From assembly GCA_002633005.1 (NCBI GenBank), contig NMRA01000100.1, positions 206,497-270,496 on the forward strand: 64,000 nt of DNA, given 5' to 3'. This document shows, one piece after another, positions 13,570-26,400 of this stretch (positions are counted from its first letter, which is position 1; each line of letters opens with the position of its first letter). Made by a program: the position numbers and the translations under genes. The notes beneath the pieces were generated by a model. It was not told the origin of the DNA. It saw only the letters and a list, made by a program, of their open reading frames with translations, and made no database searches. The stretch is from Phoronis australis. Its lineage: Eukaryota; Animalia; Phoronida.

Positions 13570-16500
13570 TAGCGGGGAGGGAATGTGTGCAGATTTGCAA
13601 AACATTGTGACAAGTTTTTGCAATTTGGTACGCTGTTAGGTCTAAGCAAAGGAAATTCAAAAAACACCGCAAACAAAGTGTGCTGACCCCCTGGTGATCG
13701 TTACTCGCAAAATCCAATATGGCCGTCGCCGAAAATGGAAATTGGCATATGTCGGCTATTATTATCACTAAAACAAAATCTAATATCATCTTTTCAATAT
13801 TTTGGGTGGTGAGAAGTTCATTTCTGGTGTTAGTTTTATGTTTTGAGGTCAATTTCAATGCAAAATTCAAAACAAATAACGCAAATTTATGCTTGTCCTC
13901 GTAGAAGTTACTTTGTTTAATTAATGGTAATATCGATGTGATTCACCGCACAGAATTCTAAAATTACCATTTTCCAAAACCAGATTTGCACAAAATAGGA
14001 CTTGTCTAGCTGACTGTGACAGTACTTCTAGACTGAGACTATAGAAACATAGCTACTTTATTAGCAACTGAATGAGCAGAATTGTCTACCAAATACTACT
14101 GGCTGCTAGTTTGAATCACGTATGAATACTTACAACGTAATTCGATATTGAGAGAGATGAAATGTCAGGTTTAAGAGTCGTTGCTGGTGCAGGCACCTTC
14201 ACATTTGCACACTGTGGAACACCGGCCGAGTCCAGCTCGATGGCACTTAAAATTACCTTTGCAGGCAACAACACAGCTACAATGGAGAAGTAGGCTACAC
14301 TCCTGTCTTACATCTTCCAGATCTATCCAATATGGCACCCATTTTGTAGCTCTAGCATTTCATTCCCAACCTCATAGACATGGGTTTGTATCTGGGTTTT
14401 TTGGCAAGAGACTGTTTCCAAACAAAAGCTGCTCAGTGAGCAGGGAACGCTTAGCATGTTGAAATAAAACATGCTGTGTTGATGACAGTGATTCCTGAGT
14501 CTTGAGGCCACGGGTGAACAGAAGCTTTCCTGCTTCATTCACAGAGTGCGTCTCACAGTTTTTAATGTATTTTAGTACTGTCCAGTGTTCAAAGTGTCGT
14601 AAAAGAAGCGAGTCAAGCGTGAAGGTAGTTGGGTCATAAGTGATGACAATAAAAGTATTTGTGACCTCGGGGAAAGCAGCTCAAGCATTCCATGGACTTC
14701 GTTTTTTAATCACGAAAGTTGCTGAGACGACATCACAACCTGTCAGTACATGGGAGAATGGAAGGGCTTCACATTTCTGTGGCCCAAGGTTTTGAGAAAT
14801 TTTGTAGATAGGAATATCCTTATAGTTTTCCAGATGCAAATCCAAACCACAACTCTGAGAGGCCTTGATTGTGAAAAACGCTGACTGCTATAACCACCAC
14901 AACACTGACAACTGTCTTAAGGTAAGCCTTGGTGTCATCCTGAACAGCTGCATGTTGCAAATGCATCATCATCCTCGTGTCAGCTTCTGTCTGTAGGCAT
15001 GGAGACAATACTGAAACGTCTGTTGATTTGTTGCTGAGTACTAGGTTGGCATTTGTTGTAAAAAGTTGGTACTGTGAATCAGATATGCTGCTCAGAAGGT
15101 CCTGGATGTCGAACTGGAAGAGCTCGTCGTTGTTTGAACAAGTTTTGAGGAACGTCTGCCACTGAGTTACCCTGGGCATTGCTGTCTTAAGCAAAACACG
15201 TGTTTGTCACATTTCAGTCTCACCACGCTTCACACGAGTCTATGACTTCAGACTATCCTCTCTTAATGTGTCCCAGACTGCGTTCACTCTTGTTGTGCTC
15301 TCTGTCATCTGGCTTTGCACTTATGGCAGCAGTTGCATCTGTGTTTACTCCCCAAACACTTTTGCACGCTGGGGTTTTATAATATGTATTTTGGCGGCCA
15401 CATCGAGAACCACAGAAGCTTCCTTGACTGCTAGAGATCGGCCAGGAACGGGCATACCAGGCAGACATGAAAGTATATCACATATGATTTCTAACCGACG
15501 CTTACCTATACCGAATAATGATGGGGGTTCACGCTGATTTTCAGCTTGAAAAATCTACGATATCTATTCCAGGACGTGCTTGGAGTGACATAAAGTTCTT
15601 GGTGATGAGAGCCGTATTCGCTTTGACAGATCCCAGCTTGTCATTATCCTTCCTCAAATCAGTGGGTGGTCTGTTGGCGAAAGTAAACAAATTGGTCCTT
15701 GGGATGATGTCAGACAACGGGTTGCTAACAGTTTTCTGTGAATTTGGTTTGACCAATGTTCGGAGCTTCCCTAAGCCAGTTGATGACCTCAGGATCCATG
15801 ATCTCACCAGTGTCCAAAATAATGAGATCTGAGCAAGTCTCCTTGAATGGACTGACAACTCGACCCTCCTTCACAAGGTCCCATAGAGCTTTGACGTCCT
15901 TCAGAAACTTTGTTTGTTCAGCAATAGAAGACTCAGGATGCTCCAGATTGTCATTGCTTCTTGACGTAAAGAAGCATGCATCCTCAAACTCATCAATTAA
16001 CCTCAACACTTCTGACTTTGAGAGCTCAGTCTTTCCTTGTCTTCGTGCAGAGTACCTTTGCACCACTGTCCTTCTTCAAGAACTTGATACTGTGCTCTTG
16101 GCTCTGGTCAAAGAAAACTTCCTGTCACTACGTTGAATAACAAATTTCCCTTCCATGAAAGCTTCTTGCACCGACGGGTGGGTGTGTAGAAGTTGTGCCA
16201 TGGCTCTTAACAAAAAAGGCATCCAGCGTGCGTAATTCGTATGTCCAAATGCAAAAAAACATGGACACAATTCTTCACATGCTTTCAAAGTCAATGGCCA
16301 ATTGCCCAGTCTCTGACCTCGAATGGAGCGACAGTTAATTAGCAGGTAGTCTCTTACAATTTTCCAGTAACAAACTGTTGGAGCATTGCTGACTCATTTT
16401 TTCTTCATATCAAAGCTTTCGGGAGGTATAAAGCTTTCGTGACAGTACTCATCATATGCCTGTTTGTGTAACTCATTAAGTCAGGCAAGATTGAGTTGGT

Positions 16501-17167
16501 ATGCATATCTGGTACGCTGACATACTTTCCACCCAGAGGAGATGGTACAACACCAGGAGTGAAGACACTGGCTAAGGAGAACATGTGGCCCCATTCAGAT
16601 CTGTCCAACAGCTAACCTTCACTTTCTTGAGATACCATTTCGATGTGGAGCATGCCCATGAAGCATAGGCCTACCATTGTCACCGACCTCATCAGGGTAC
16701 CCCCTTGACATTTTTTCTTCTGAGCATTATATACATCTTGATTAAAACCAACTAAAATAATATAACCAATAGATACAAGGGTGGAGCTGCCCGGGACCAA
16801 GTGTTTGACATTTTCTATCCGGAGACAATGGGCGGGGCCAAGCGTTTGGTATTTTCGGTTCATAGAAAGTGTGAAAAGATTTTTAAAAGTGGCCTCAAAG
16901 CATAAAACTAACATCAGAAATAACTCCCCGCACCAAAAATACTGAGAAAAGGGATTTACAACATGCTCGGGTGATGATAATAGCCGAGATATGCCAATTT
17001 CCATTTTCGGCGGCGGCCACATTGGATTTTGTGCGTAGCGGCCACCAGCGAGTTAGCACAGTTTGTTTGCGGTGTTTTTTAGAAAAGTTTTACCTATTCC
17101 TAACATTGTACATATTTGCAGAAACGTGTCGCAAAGTGCGCGATTTATATGAATTCCCTCTTCACTA
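13570..17167 (-). mobile_element. Degenerate, internally deleted Academ (AcademX-type) DNA transposon with ~300-bp imperfect terminal inverted repeats
   Basis: Termini TAG (13570) and CTA (17167). 13570-13860 is the imperfect reverse complement of 16880-17167. Broken minus-strand ORF pieces: FFAFGHTNYARW, EGKFVIQRSDRKFS, XPG/PIN-like EADTRMMMH..VVVIA, TGCD, and a C-terminal Cys cluster CSCVVACKGNFKC..CSTVCKCEGAC. Flanks tta/gta may be a decayed 3-bp TSD. Confidence 0.8.
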
Positions 17168-18889
17168 GTAGGTCTGTTTGAAGTAATGATTCAATCCCTT
17201 TATTCAATGCATCAAAGAGCCTCGGCATAGAGGTTCTGGTTTTAACTAAGAAGCTTGAAACGCTGAATCCTGAATGTCTCAAAATATGGGCGTGTTTGAT
17301 CTGGAATAAAAGTAAGATTTTAACTGTTCAATATAAAAATAAGGGCTGAGACACTTCTAACAATCACATTGTAAAATAAATTAGTTGTAAAATGTAATTA
17401 ATCAAAATGAATGCGATTAACGCGCCCTTTGTATGAAATCTCTCGACGTTACGGTATTTCCCGTATGGCAGAGCTCCGTACTTGCGTTATTGCTTTTGAG
17501 ATAACTCAAACCCCTTAATAAACAACGGCATAGTGCTAATCTGTTTAATGCGGATATGCTAGGATTTCTTCTTACCGGTATGTCATATGGGCTCGAGTTT
17601 ATGACGGTTTTGTCCACCATCTTGAATATTTAATTTGGTTGAATGAATACATCAATTCACGTGCGTTCCCAAGTAAATGGACGAGAGTGTAAGGCCTGTT
17701 AAAACAGATATTTTTGAAAGATATCAACTGTACGTCCGCACAGTGAAGTGTGGAATCAAGTGCCATACAAATCACACTCGAATTGCACGTAAAACGTTAA
17801 CCCACAGGCGTCGAAATTGCGATCGCTTAAACAAATATATCTGAAAGACATAATACAGCAAATATAATTGCACTGAAGCCAAGCCCTTCTAAAGAACTTA
17901 TTCAGGCGAAGATTTTACTTTTTACTTTTCGCATGTCACTCTGCGATTTCCAGTTTTTACCTACTAGAGAACTCATGAACTAAAGCACTCAATTGACTGA
18001 CATTTGGGTTGGGTCAGTACCTGAAGTCATTTGGTCGAAAACTAGGAATTGAAGATGGCAGACGATTTGTTACAGGACGGTAAAAAGAGGCGAAATTTAA
18101 CCTGTAAGACCGTTTGCGGTTTTCGAAATATGTCAGGAAATTTGACTTAGTTAGCACTAAGACACTGAACAAGAATTCTCCTACAATGCTTTTGGTTTAT
18201 ATCCATTTCACCAAATGGTGAAAAGCCCTCCGGTGGACCTTCAGTTCTTTTTAAGAGCTGAATATTGTGTAACGGCTGGTTTAGAAAAACAAATGGTGGA
18301 GACAGGATTTCTGCGGATGACGTCACGCACTATTTTTAATTTTATAATTTTTGCGTTTATTTTTTCATTACAAGTACAGAAATTGTAGTCTGGCGGCTAC
18401 CTGTATGAAGACTCGTCAAAATACAGCTAGGTACCACTGTGTGTTCAGCGCCGACAGACCTCGAAATTGCACACAACCCGGGTAGTTTGCTCTTCACCTC
18501 ACCGTGAACCTTATATCAACATGCAGAGCTAAAGACCGGCGGGAGTGCACGCAAAATCTGGGAGTCTAATGACAATGAACTTGCCCGTTACAACCGTTTA
18601 AGTGAAAAAACAATGCAACAAACGTCATTTTCTTACGTAACTCTGTGCCTTTCGTAACAAAGAAAAGTGTGTCGTAGTTTTGAAAGATGTACGCTGGTGA
18701 CGCGCATCTCTCGGGAGATGATGGCAGCTTCGCAGCAGCAAATATTTGTTCTGAAATTCGGTTTGCTGGTACTGAAATCCTAAACATTTTAAGAAAAGAA
18801 ACCAGTTCCGATAATTTGTTGTAACATGTTCGCAACCTCGTAGAAGAACAGTCGAATGAGGAATTGGCGAAAAAAGATACTGGCCAACA

Positions 18890-20490
18890 GGTGAGGCAAT
18901 TCATGTGCACATTTCCCGTCCTGTTGGACAATAATGGAACTAGCTTCTTCATGGGATGTCTCGATCTCATCAGTGATTGCCTACTTGTGTTCCTAACGTA
19001 CTGGCAGCCTTTCTCGAAGTCTGATAACATTGCCTGCCCCATGCTTATTGTGTCATGTACGTTAACTGTTGAAGTAGCAATCCTGTCACTGCTAATGATC
19101 ACCACTGCATCTTTGGGGTGGACATTGGGTTCCAATAGATCGATGCTGGCACCTACTTTTGACAGATACGTGCAAAATCCTGGGCATGTGCGTCAAGACG
19201 TGCCTTACTTTCTTCCGTGTGATAAGTTTTAGTACAGGATCTAATGTTACCGCTCTCCATCTCTCCAAGATCTGTTTCAATCTTGTAGGACAAATGGCAG
19301 CTTATGCTCAAAGCTTAAGATTCTCTTCTTTGAGGGCAATTCCCTACTATTCCCTCACTTCTGTATTCCTGCCTCAGCAACGTGGTCCCTATAAACTGAT
19401 CGCTCAGAGCCTCATTCCTGCATTCACCCAAGTCATCAAACTAATTTTGTTTTTTCTATGGTCTGTAGGAGCGCAGGGCTACAGGCAATATCTTTTTGGA
19501 ATTTAAGGTCTCAAACTGCAGATCACACACTACACAAAAATTTTCTTACTTCATCAAAAAGGAGATTCTGCAAATTCATCATGCAACAACTTGCAAACTG
19601 ATTTCATAGAAACACGGGTAAAGACGTTAAAATAGTTTAATTTGGGTGCCTGGTACTTCAGCTATAAGCAGAAGTAGAATTTTGAATACTGGCGGCCGTA
19701 ATTTGCATATATTATGCATATATTAAGCAAATTCACGATGTATCCACTAGTAAACGATGTCCATTAAATTCACTGACCATGGAAGCATAGGTGAAAACAT
19801 TAAAGTAACCTGTCTGCAGTGCTTGGTAAGGGCGCTTTAAGCAACAAATAATTTTAAATAATGGTGGCCTTAACTTGCATTATTTATGCAAATTCATCAT
19901 GCAACAACATGCAAACTGATTTCATTGAACTAATTGACCATAGAAACATAAGTGCAAATATCGTAATTCACCTGAGATGATTGGTACCATAGCTATTAGA
20001 ACAAGTAAAATTTTGAATAATGGCGGCCTCAATTTGCATAAATTATGACGATGTATACACCCAAAAACTTTCACTATTAAATTCGTTGACCACGGAAACA
20101 TGGTTGAAAGTATCAAAATAACCTGCCAGCAATGCTTGGTAAGGAAATTATAAGTAAATTAGAATTTTGCATAATTGCGGTCCTAATTTGCATAGATTAT
20201 GCAAATTGACAATGTATTCACCTAAAAATATTAAATTTTGTGACCATGGAAACATGGGTAAGAACGTCAAAATTATCTGGCTGCAGTGCGTGGTAAGGAA
20301 ATTATAAGCAAAAATAGAATTTTGCATAATGGCGACCTTAATTTGCATATTTAAAAAAATGCTCAAGGGTTGCGAATGGTCACCCCCTAAATCATGATTG
20401 ACTATGCTTTGGCTACATGAAACAGCAAAGAAAAAAATTTTATCAGGCATAACCAGGTTAAGTAAAAAACAGCATTTGACTCTCGGATTA
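18890..20490 (-). mobile_element. Second Academ-like transposon fragment (transposase piece plus a subterminal repeat array)
   Basis: Minus-strand peptide IISSDRIATSTVNVHDTISMGQAMLSDFEKG resembles Academ transposase segments. 19600-20350 carries repeated units (aatttgcata..tatgca; gaccatggaaacat.ggt..aa; gcagtgcttggtaagg). The end ...gactctcggatta resembles an Academ terminus. Confidence 0.55.
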
Positions 20491-20898
20491 CAATGTTTAA
20501 TGCGCCGAAAGCCGACGCAAAAGAGCGATCCACAGCTTAAACAGCAGAATAACGGTAAAAAGCTAATTTTTTCAGCACCGGTAAATAACTTAGTTTCGTT
20601 AAGGAAGTGTGTAGTTTTTAACGACACTAATTTTGTGTTACTTTATCGGCACTTTAAGTAAAAAATAAAAAGCGGGTGAATAAGTTCTTTAAAGAGTTCT
20701 GTGCAAATAAATGTGTCTTCGCAGAGGAAATCACGTAAACACCGAGACTTTCCTGAAGTTTCAATTTGCAGATCCATTTTGGCAGTTCTAAGCGCAGTGT
20801 TTTCAATATTATTATTCATTAACTACTCCTCTGGGAATACCGCAACACAAGAAATTCTTATCTCTTCTTAATTGAATTCGTAATGAATGTTCTTGCAG

Positions 20899-23445
20899 TT
20901 TCTCGGTGACTGGTACGAAATCCAGCGCTTCTATGCCTATTTCGAAGAGGGATTAAAGTGCATCCGAGGCAGGTACACTGTGGCGCTAGATGACCACTTT
21001 GACTTGCTTATCACAGGAACCGATATCAGGTATATAGCAGTTTAGTTTAAGCTACGATTCCTTTCCACTCAATTGTTAAATATATTGTAGGAGCTTCTCA
21101 AATTGGATGTGAAAACTTTCTCGTTACGATATAGGGCGTCTTCCCTTTCCTCGGTCAGCTCTTGCACAAAGTTCTCTAGTCCAAGTTTCCTCTCTCACGG
21201 ACGGAGATTCACCCTCTCACACCACATTTTACGCATCACTGACTTTTTTCTTCGCTCGCGCACATACCAACATCACCTTTCTCACGAAACCTGTTCTATG
21301 CCGAGACGGGCTCTGATGCGCTGTAAAATGTTAAAAACCGTTACATTTAACGTTGCTAGGCATCTCCAAATCTAACAAATAGTTACATTTTACGTAATTG
21401 TTCCCATTTACGTCGAATGCACATCCGAGAAATGTAAGATTGTTACATTTTACGAAAGTGACTCCATATTTCATGAGTTTTCATGGTATTTGTCACACGG
21501 AGAAAATGGTTCACACACTAAGGTCTTCTTTCTCGGATTGTCAGTTTGCGATGTCTAACACAACAAAGTCAATAGCTACAACGTTACCTTATAACGAACA
21601 TAACAACTGACTAGATATAAGTGTGTCTGTTGATAGCCGAATCAAGAAAAGACGCCCTTGCCACCCTGTCAAGAGATCGGTTCATACTCCTGCACGCCAA
21701 TTAAAGGTATTTTCTCGGCCGAGTGTGGGATGTGTTTGGATAACTTTAGTTATTCCATGTTCTTAGACAATGAAAAAAAAACTTTCGTCCACGTAAGCAC
21801 ACGCTCTCACTGCCCTTTGTAACTGTTTGTGTAACCGCAGGATCCCAAGTGTCAACCACAATGCATTTTTTCTTTTGCTTGTGACGGAAGAGGGCAGACC
21901 CATGCCACCGTACCCTAAATTCGCATTTGACTAGTGATAGAGCATGTGAATTTCCTTCCAGCACTGGAGACAAATTCCAACTCAATGGCGACGTCTACAT
22001 ACCGGATCCCTCAACGCCTGCAAAGGTGGCCATGCGTTTTTCAGGTGAACCAAAGCCTTTCATTGTTAATAATTTTGAATAACCCGATGTTATGGTTAAA
22101 GCGGCATAAAACTATATGCATGGTGTCAAAAACAACTTTCAGCACTTGCTCTTCCAAAATACTGGATTGTATAAAATAAAATGAAATTAGTTGCAAGAAA
22201 ATGCCTAGAAATCCCCCATTGCAACACTGCTTCGGTTGTTAAAGTTAACCTTCCTTGATAAACTAACAATAACAACAAAGTTTCAGATCTTTTCAAGTTC
22301 AGGAATCATTTCAAGTGTCAGCAAGGAACGATTTTATGAGCACAATTAAGTGGTCAAATACTCATTAAGTATTTTGACAGACAGAGGGCGCAGGTTCGTT
22401 GCATCATTTAACTAATTACTTAAAACTGCGTTTCTTCTGTATTTAGTTGTCAAAACATTAAAACGAATTTAAATTTAGCGTCTAATTCTCATAAAGTAGG
22501 TCTCCGGCAACAATTGTGGTAATGTTTTTAAACCCCCAAAGGCGTAAGCCAAATCAAATTACAACATTAGCAAACTACGTACCAAATGAAAGCTCTTGAC
22601 TTGCCCCATGACATATCATCAGCCTTGTTTTGGTGTTTCTTTTTTCACCTACAGTACAAAGGAGGAGGCAGTGCGGTGTAGTGGGATAAAGTCGGTTCCT
22701 TTACTCATAATGTGGGTTGGAGTCCCAGTGGGGTAGGCACTTGAGTCGGGACTCCAGCTCCTCAGCTCTGTCTTATCTTTCTATGAATAAAGCATATAAA
22801 TGATTCCAGGTTATCGGATCAGCCTGCGCACAGCTGGTACAAGGTGCACTAGACCGCATACAATTACTTTTTGAAACTGCAAAGGGACATTACCGAGAAG
22901 AAAATTTATTTTCAGAAATGAGCTGTACCCGACCTGAATTCAAACCCACTAACTCTGGACTAAGTTATTAGCACGCGTTCATTAGCCTGTTATGACAATG
23001 AAACCGAACTTGATTTCAGCGAATAACTGATAGATGAATTACAAAAGCACGACGAATTTTTGTTGATTTATATCTCTGGTCAAACCCAACAATTTCAAGA
23101 AGCGTATTCGATTCAACAAGTATCCCGGCAATAACGTCCCTTTAAACATTAAATCAACAAACAGTTGTGCAACGGCGAAAACCCACTTAAACTGTATGCA
23201 AAACCCTTTGTATTCCAGAGTTACAGCCTTACCACTACTACTGGGTGTTGGACACCGATTACGATAGCTATTCAGTCGTTTACTCATGTTTAAACCTTCG
23301 GGATTCCTATAAACTAGAGTTTGCCTGGATCTCTTCTCGCACCTCTTCGCTGGACGAGTCCATTGTGAACAGATTGAAACAACGTCTGGAAAACGCTGGA
23401 GTGAAGACGAGCAACTTTATAATAACTGACCAGAGCAATTGTTGA
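20899..23445 (+). pseudogene. ApoD-like lipocalin, copy 2: exons 2-4 intact (20899-21029, 21962-22044, 23219-23445), exon 1 and promoter missing; pseudogene or dependent on a foreign first exon
   Basis: FLGDWYEIQRFYAYFEEGLKCIRGRY.. | STGDKFQLNGDVYIPDP.. | ELQPYHYYWVLDTDYDSYSVVYSC..AWISSR..TDQSNC*. No stops or frameshifts, canonical splice sites. Homology to copy-1 intron 1 begins near 20717, and no signal-peptide exon is visible upstream. Confidence 0.8.
22667..22737 (+). mobile_element. Paralogous tRNA-derived SINE head in intron 3 of copy 2 (more decayed)
   Basis: ggcagtgcggtgtagtgggataaagtcggttcctttac...gggttggagtcccagtggggtag, at the same intron position as in copy 1. Confidence 0.6.
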
Positions 23446-26400
23446 ACTCCAATTTCGATAAGCTCGTGAATTAATGTCGTGGAACATCTTTGGTTTGCAG
23501 TTATTATGCAATAAAGCTGACAAGAAGGGCAAATGTTGTACACATTGACACGTCTTTCCACAAAATCAGCCATCACAACAATTATCATTCTAATTTCATA
23601 TTATGAAACAGCACTTCACTGCTTTAACCCACTTGTTTGAAAATACACAAACAAAAATATTTCTATTCAGAATTTAGCAAGCTTAAGTATAGGCCCAGGA
23701 TAAAATCTCCAGATTCAAACTCGATTGGAAAGTTAACTATTCAGGGCGATGCTCGAAGCGAAGCACTGGCCAATTTTTGAGTCCGAAGTTTGAGAACAGT
23801 GATTAGGCCCCTGGCCTATGTTCACATCATTTTTTGCAAGTGTAAAATCTAGATGACGTCAATAAGCTGTTCGGAAACTGTGTTTAAGAGGCCTGGAACG
23901 CGAAAAACAGACCAAGTTGCATTATTCAAAGTATTTCTATGCCACTGAAACAAAATTCAACCTATTCAATTTGAAAAAAAAAAACGATCCGTCACCTGCT
24001 CATCACTTCATCGATTGTTTCCCGTAGCACCTTTCCTTTATATGAAAAGTGTGGCCTTCGGCCTTCGATGTAAATAAAACAATGGCGACTTCAAGCAGCA
24101 GCCAGTCCGAGTAAGAGGCAATTGGTGTACGTCTGAACTGTGGAAAATTAGTTATAAAGGTATCGTAGTATTCAAATATACTCTACGTGTAAAGTGCTCT
24201 TGGAATTCTTTTTTGAAAATCGCTTGCTTCACTGGCTTGCCATGATAATCTACCGTTGAAATCCATCTTGTCAGTCAGCATGTCGAATTACTGTGAGCGC
24301 ATGTGCGCATTAATCACAAGTGAGAGGAAGAAACTCTGTGGTGACTACAAAGTTTTTCTTTATCGTGTATTTCAAAAATCATGAGTTTTGTGATATTTTT
24401 CTGGAAATGTCCTCGCAGGAGAAAGTGAATAACTCTGTTATAGACGTTACGGGATAGTCAAGAATTGTTTAAAAGATGTTGTTGACAATCATCCCTTTAA
24501 ATGAAACTGTTAGAAGTTTTCAAAGTACACTCACAGTTATCATTACACTCGTCGCGTTGGCATTCGTCTTACACGTTCGGTCGGATTATTTATGCCGTCT
24601 CTTGTGCGGAAAATGTGAGGCGAATCCAGCAAGTTTATCTCTGAGCCAGTCTTTCAAGTTCTCAAACTGAAGTATGGCATCCATCTATTTGCATACCTTG
24701 ACCTCACATCCGCTCCACTAGGTGATTAGTGCAAGACGTATTGCAAGTAACCAAATTTTGGTGAAAAAACAGGAGCCCCAGTTTCAAACTCTCGCAGACT
24801 CAAGTATGTGAACGTTAAATGTCCAGGTTATTCGCAACTTTACAGTAGTGTGTCCTTGCTCAAGGACATAACGCGCTATGCTTGCCTTATAGAAGAGAGA
24901 CGGAACGTATAGACATTGATTGTTTGCAAGAATCGAACTTTGGTGAAAAAATGATTATACATACTGTCTTTTAAATGCTATCGAACTCCACAGGTCCAGG
25001 TAGGTACCGGCATTTCACACACCTTTTGTAAAAATTGTGATACAATTACTGTGATTACTGGTGAAGTAAATATTATTTAGAAAAGTACTTGTCAATACTA
25101 AGCTCTTTCGGACTCGTGTATGTGTACATTAAAAGCACGTCTTTATTAACATTCTCCTCAACGTTTGTCCCCCAGCATTTTGGCTGATACCGTCTGCCGA
25201 ATCCAGTGTTTGCCCCAAGGTGGTAAATGTAAGAATTGTTGACAGAAACCAAACGTCGGTGAAAAATGCGACCTGTATTAGATGTCTTGCTCTGTTCATA
25301 ACTTCAGAATACACTTACTCCAAGCACAGCACTCAAAGATAAAGTGACAACTTCGATCTGAGGTAGCTCCGTGCATCCGTGGGGGTTGTTAACTTTCCGT
25401 TTGTACCCGTGAGGTTTTATTCCATGGAATATAGGGCTCAGGGTAGAATTTTTAGTCAGTACAAACGAAATAAATTTAGAATTATTATTACCTGAAACTT
25501 CTTGCGAAAAATCCGCATTTTTTGACTATTTCGCAGTCTAATGGCGCCAAGCGTTTAAAAACGAAGGGTTGTCTGCTTGCGATTTGGTAGTCGTAGCGTA
25601 AAACCGTCTTGTCGTGTTACAATAATTCCGAAAGTTTACATTTTCATTAAAATATCCACATGATGAAGCACCACCTGATGCAATACCGCAATCCTGTACC
25701 TAGGATAAACAATAACACAAACACTTTTTAACAATAGACAAATAGGAAACATTTCACCTTCTTTACTGTCACTAAAACATTTCGCAACTCCAGCGTTTAC
25801 AATCGTATTGTAAAAGAGCCATATCATTAGATTGTCCTTCACGAGTACTTGACGTGTATGATCATACTAGAAGCAAAAAATAAATGCTTTATTTCATAAA
25901 CAATTATTTTGTATAAATGACTGGTTGTAAATATTTTTTTTAAACCAAGACCGTTGCCAAAATGCGAAAAATGACAAAAAAGTAACAATGAAACCATTCA
26001 TTTACTAATTAGCTGACTAATTAACAACTTGTAAAGCCAATAATAGAACTAAAGGAAATGAACCAGCGAGGTGGATATTTTACAAATGAATAATTAAAAA
26101 AAACGAAACAAAAATAGTTTTAACGATTCAAATTATTGCTACCGCTTAAAGACAAAGATGTTGTAAAATGGAACTTCACAATTTCTGTGAGGAATTAATT
26201 CAGGCATTCATCCTCAATTATGTATCTTTATACACTGAAGTGCTTAGAACGTGAAAACCAGACTAAATTGCATTTTATTTTTCTCCCACACGGCAGATCA
26301 AGTCTCCTTATTTGGTATAGCAAAACATAGACGTAGCGCATTCCACTAATATGGAAAACATAACATGTGACCTTTCATGTAAAGCAAATGTCGATTTTAA

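Noticed and set aside
20148-20661. 159-aa and 87-aa ORFs as a replacement first exon for copy 2
   Set aside because: They lie in transposon subterminal repeats, with no signal peptide plus GxC motif and no convincing phase-0 donor.
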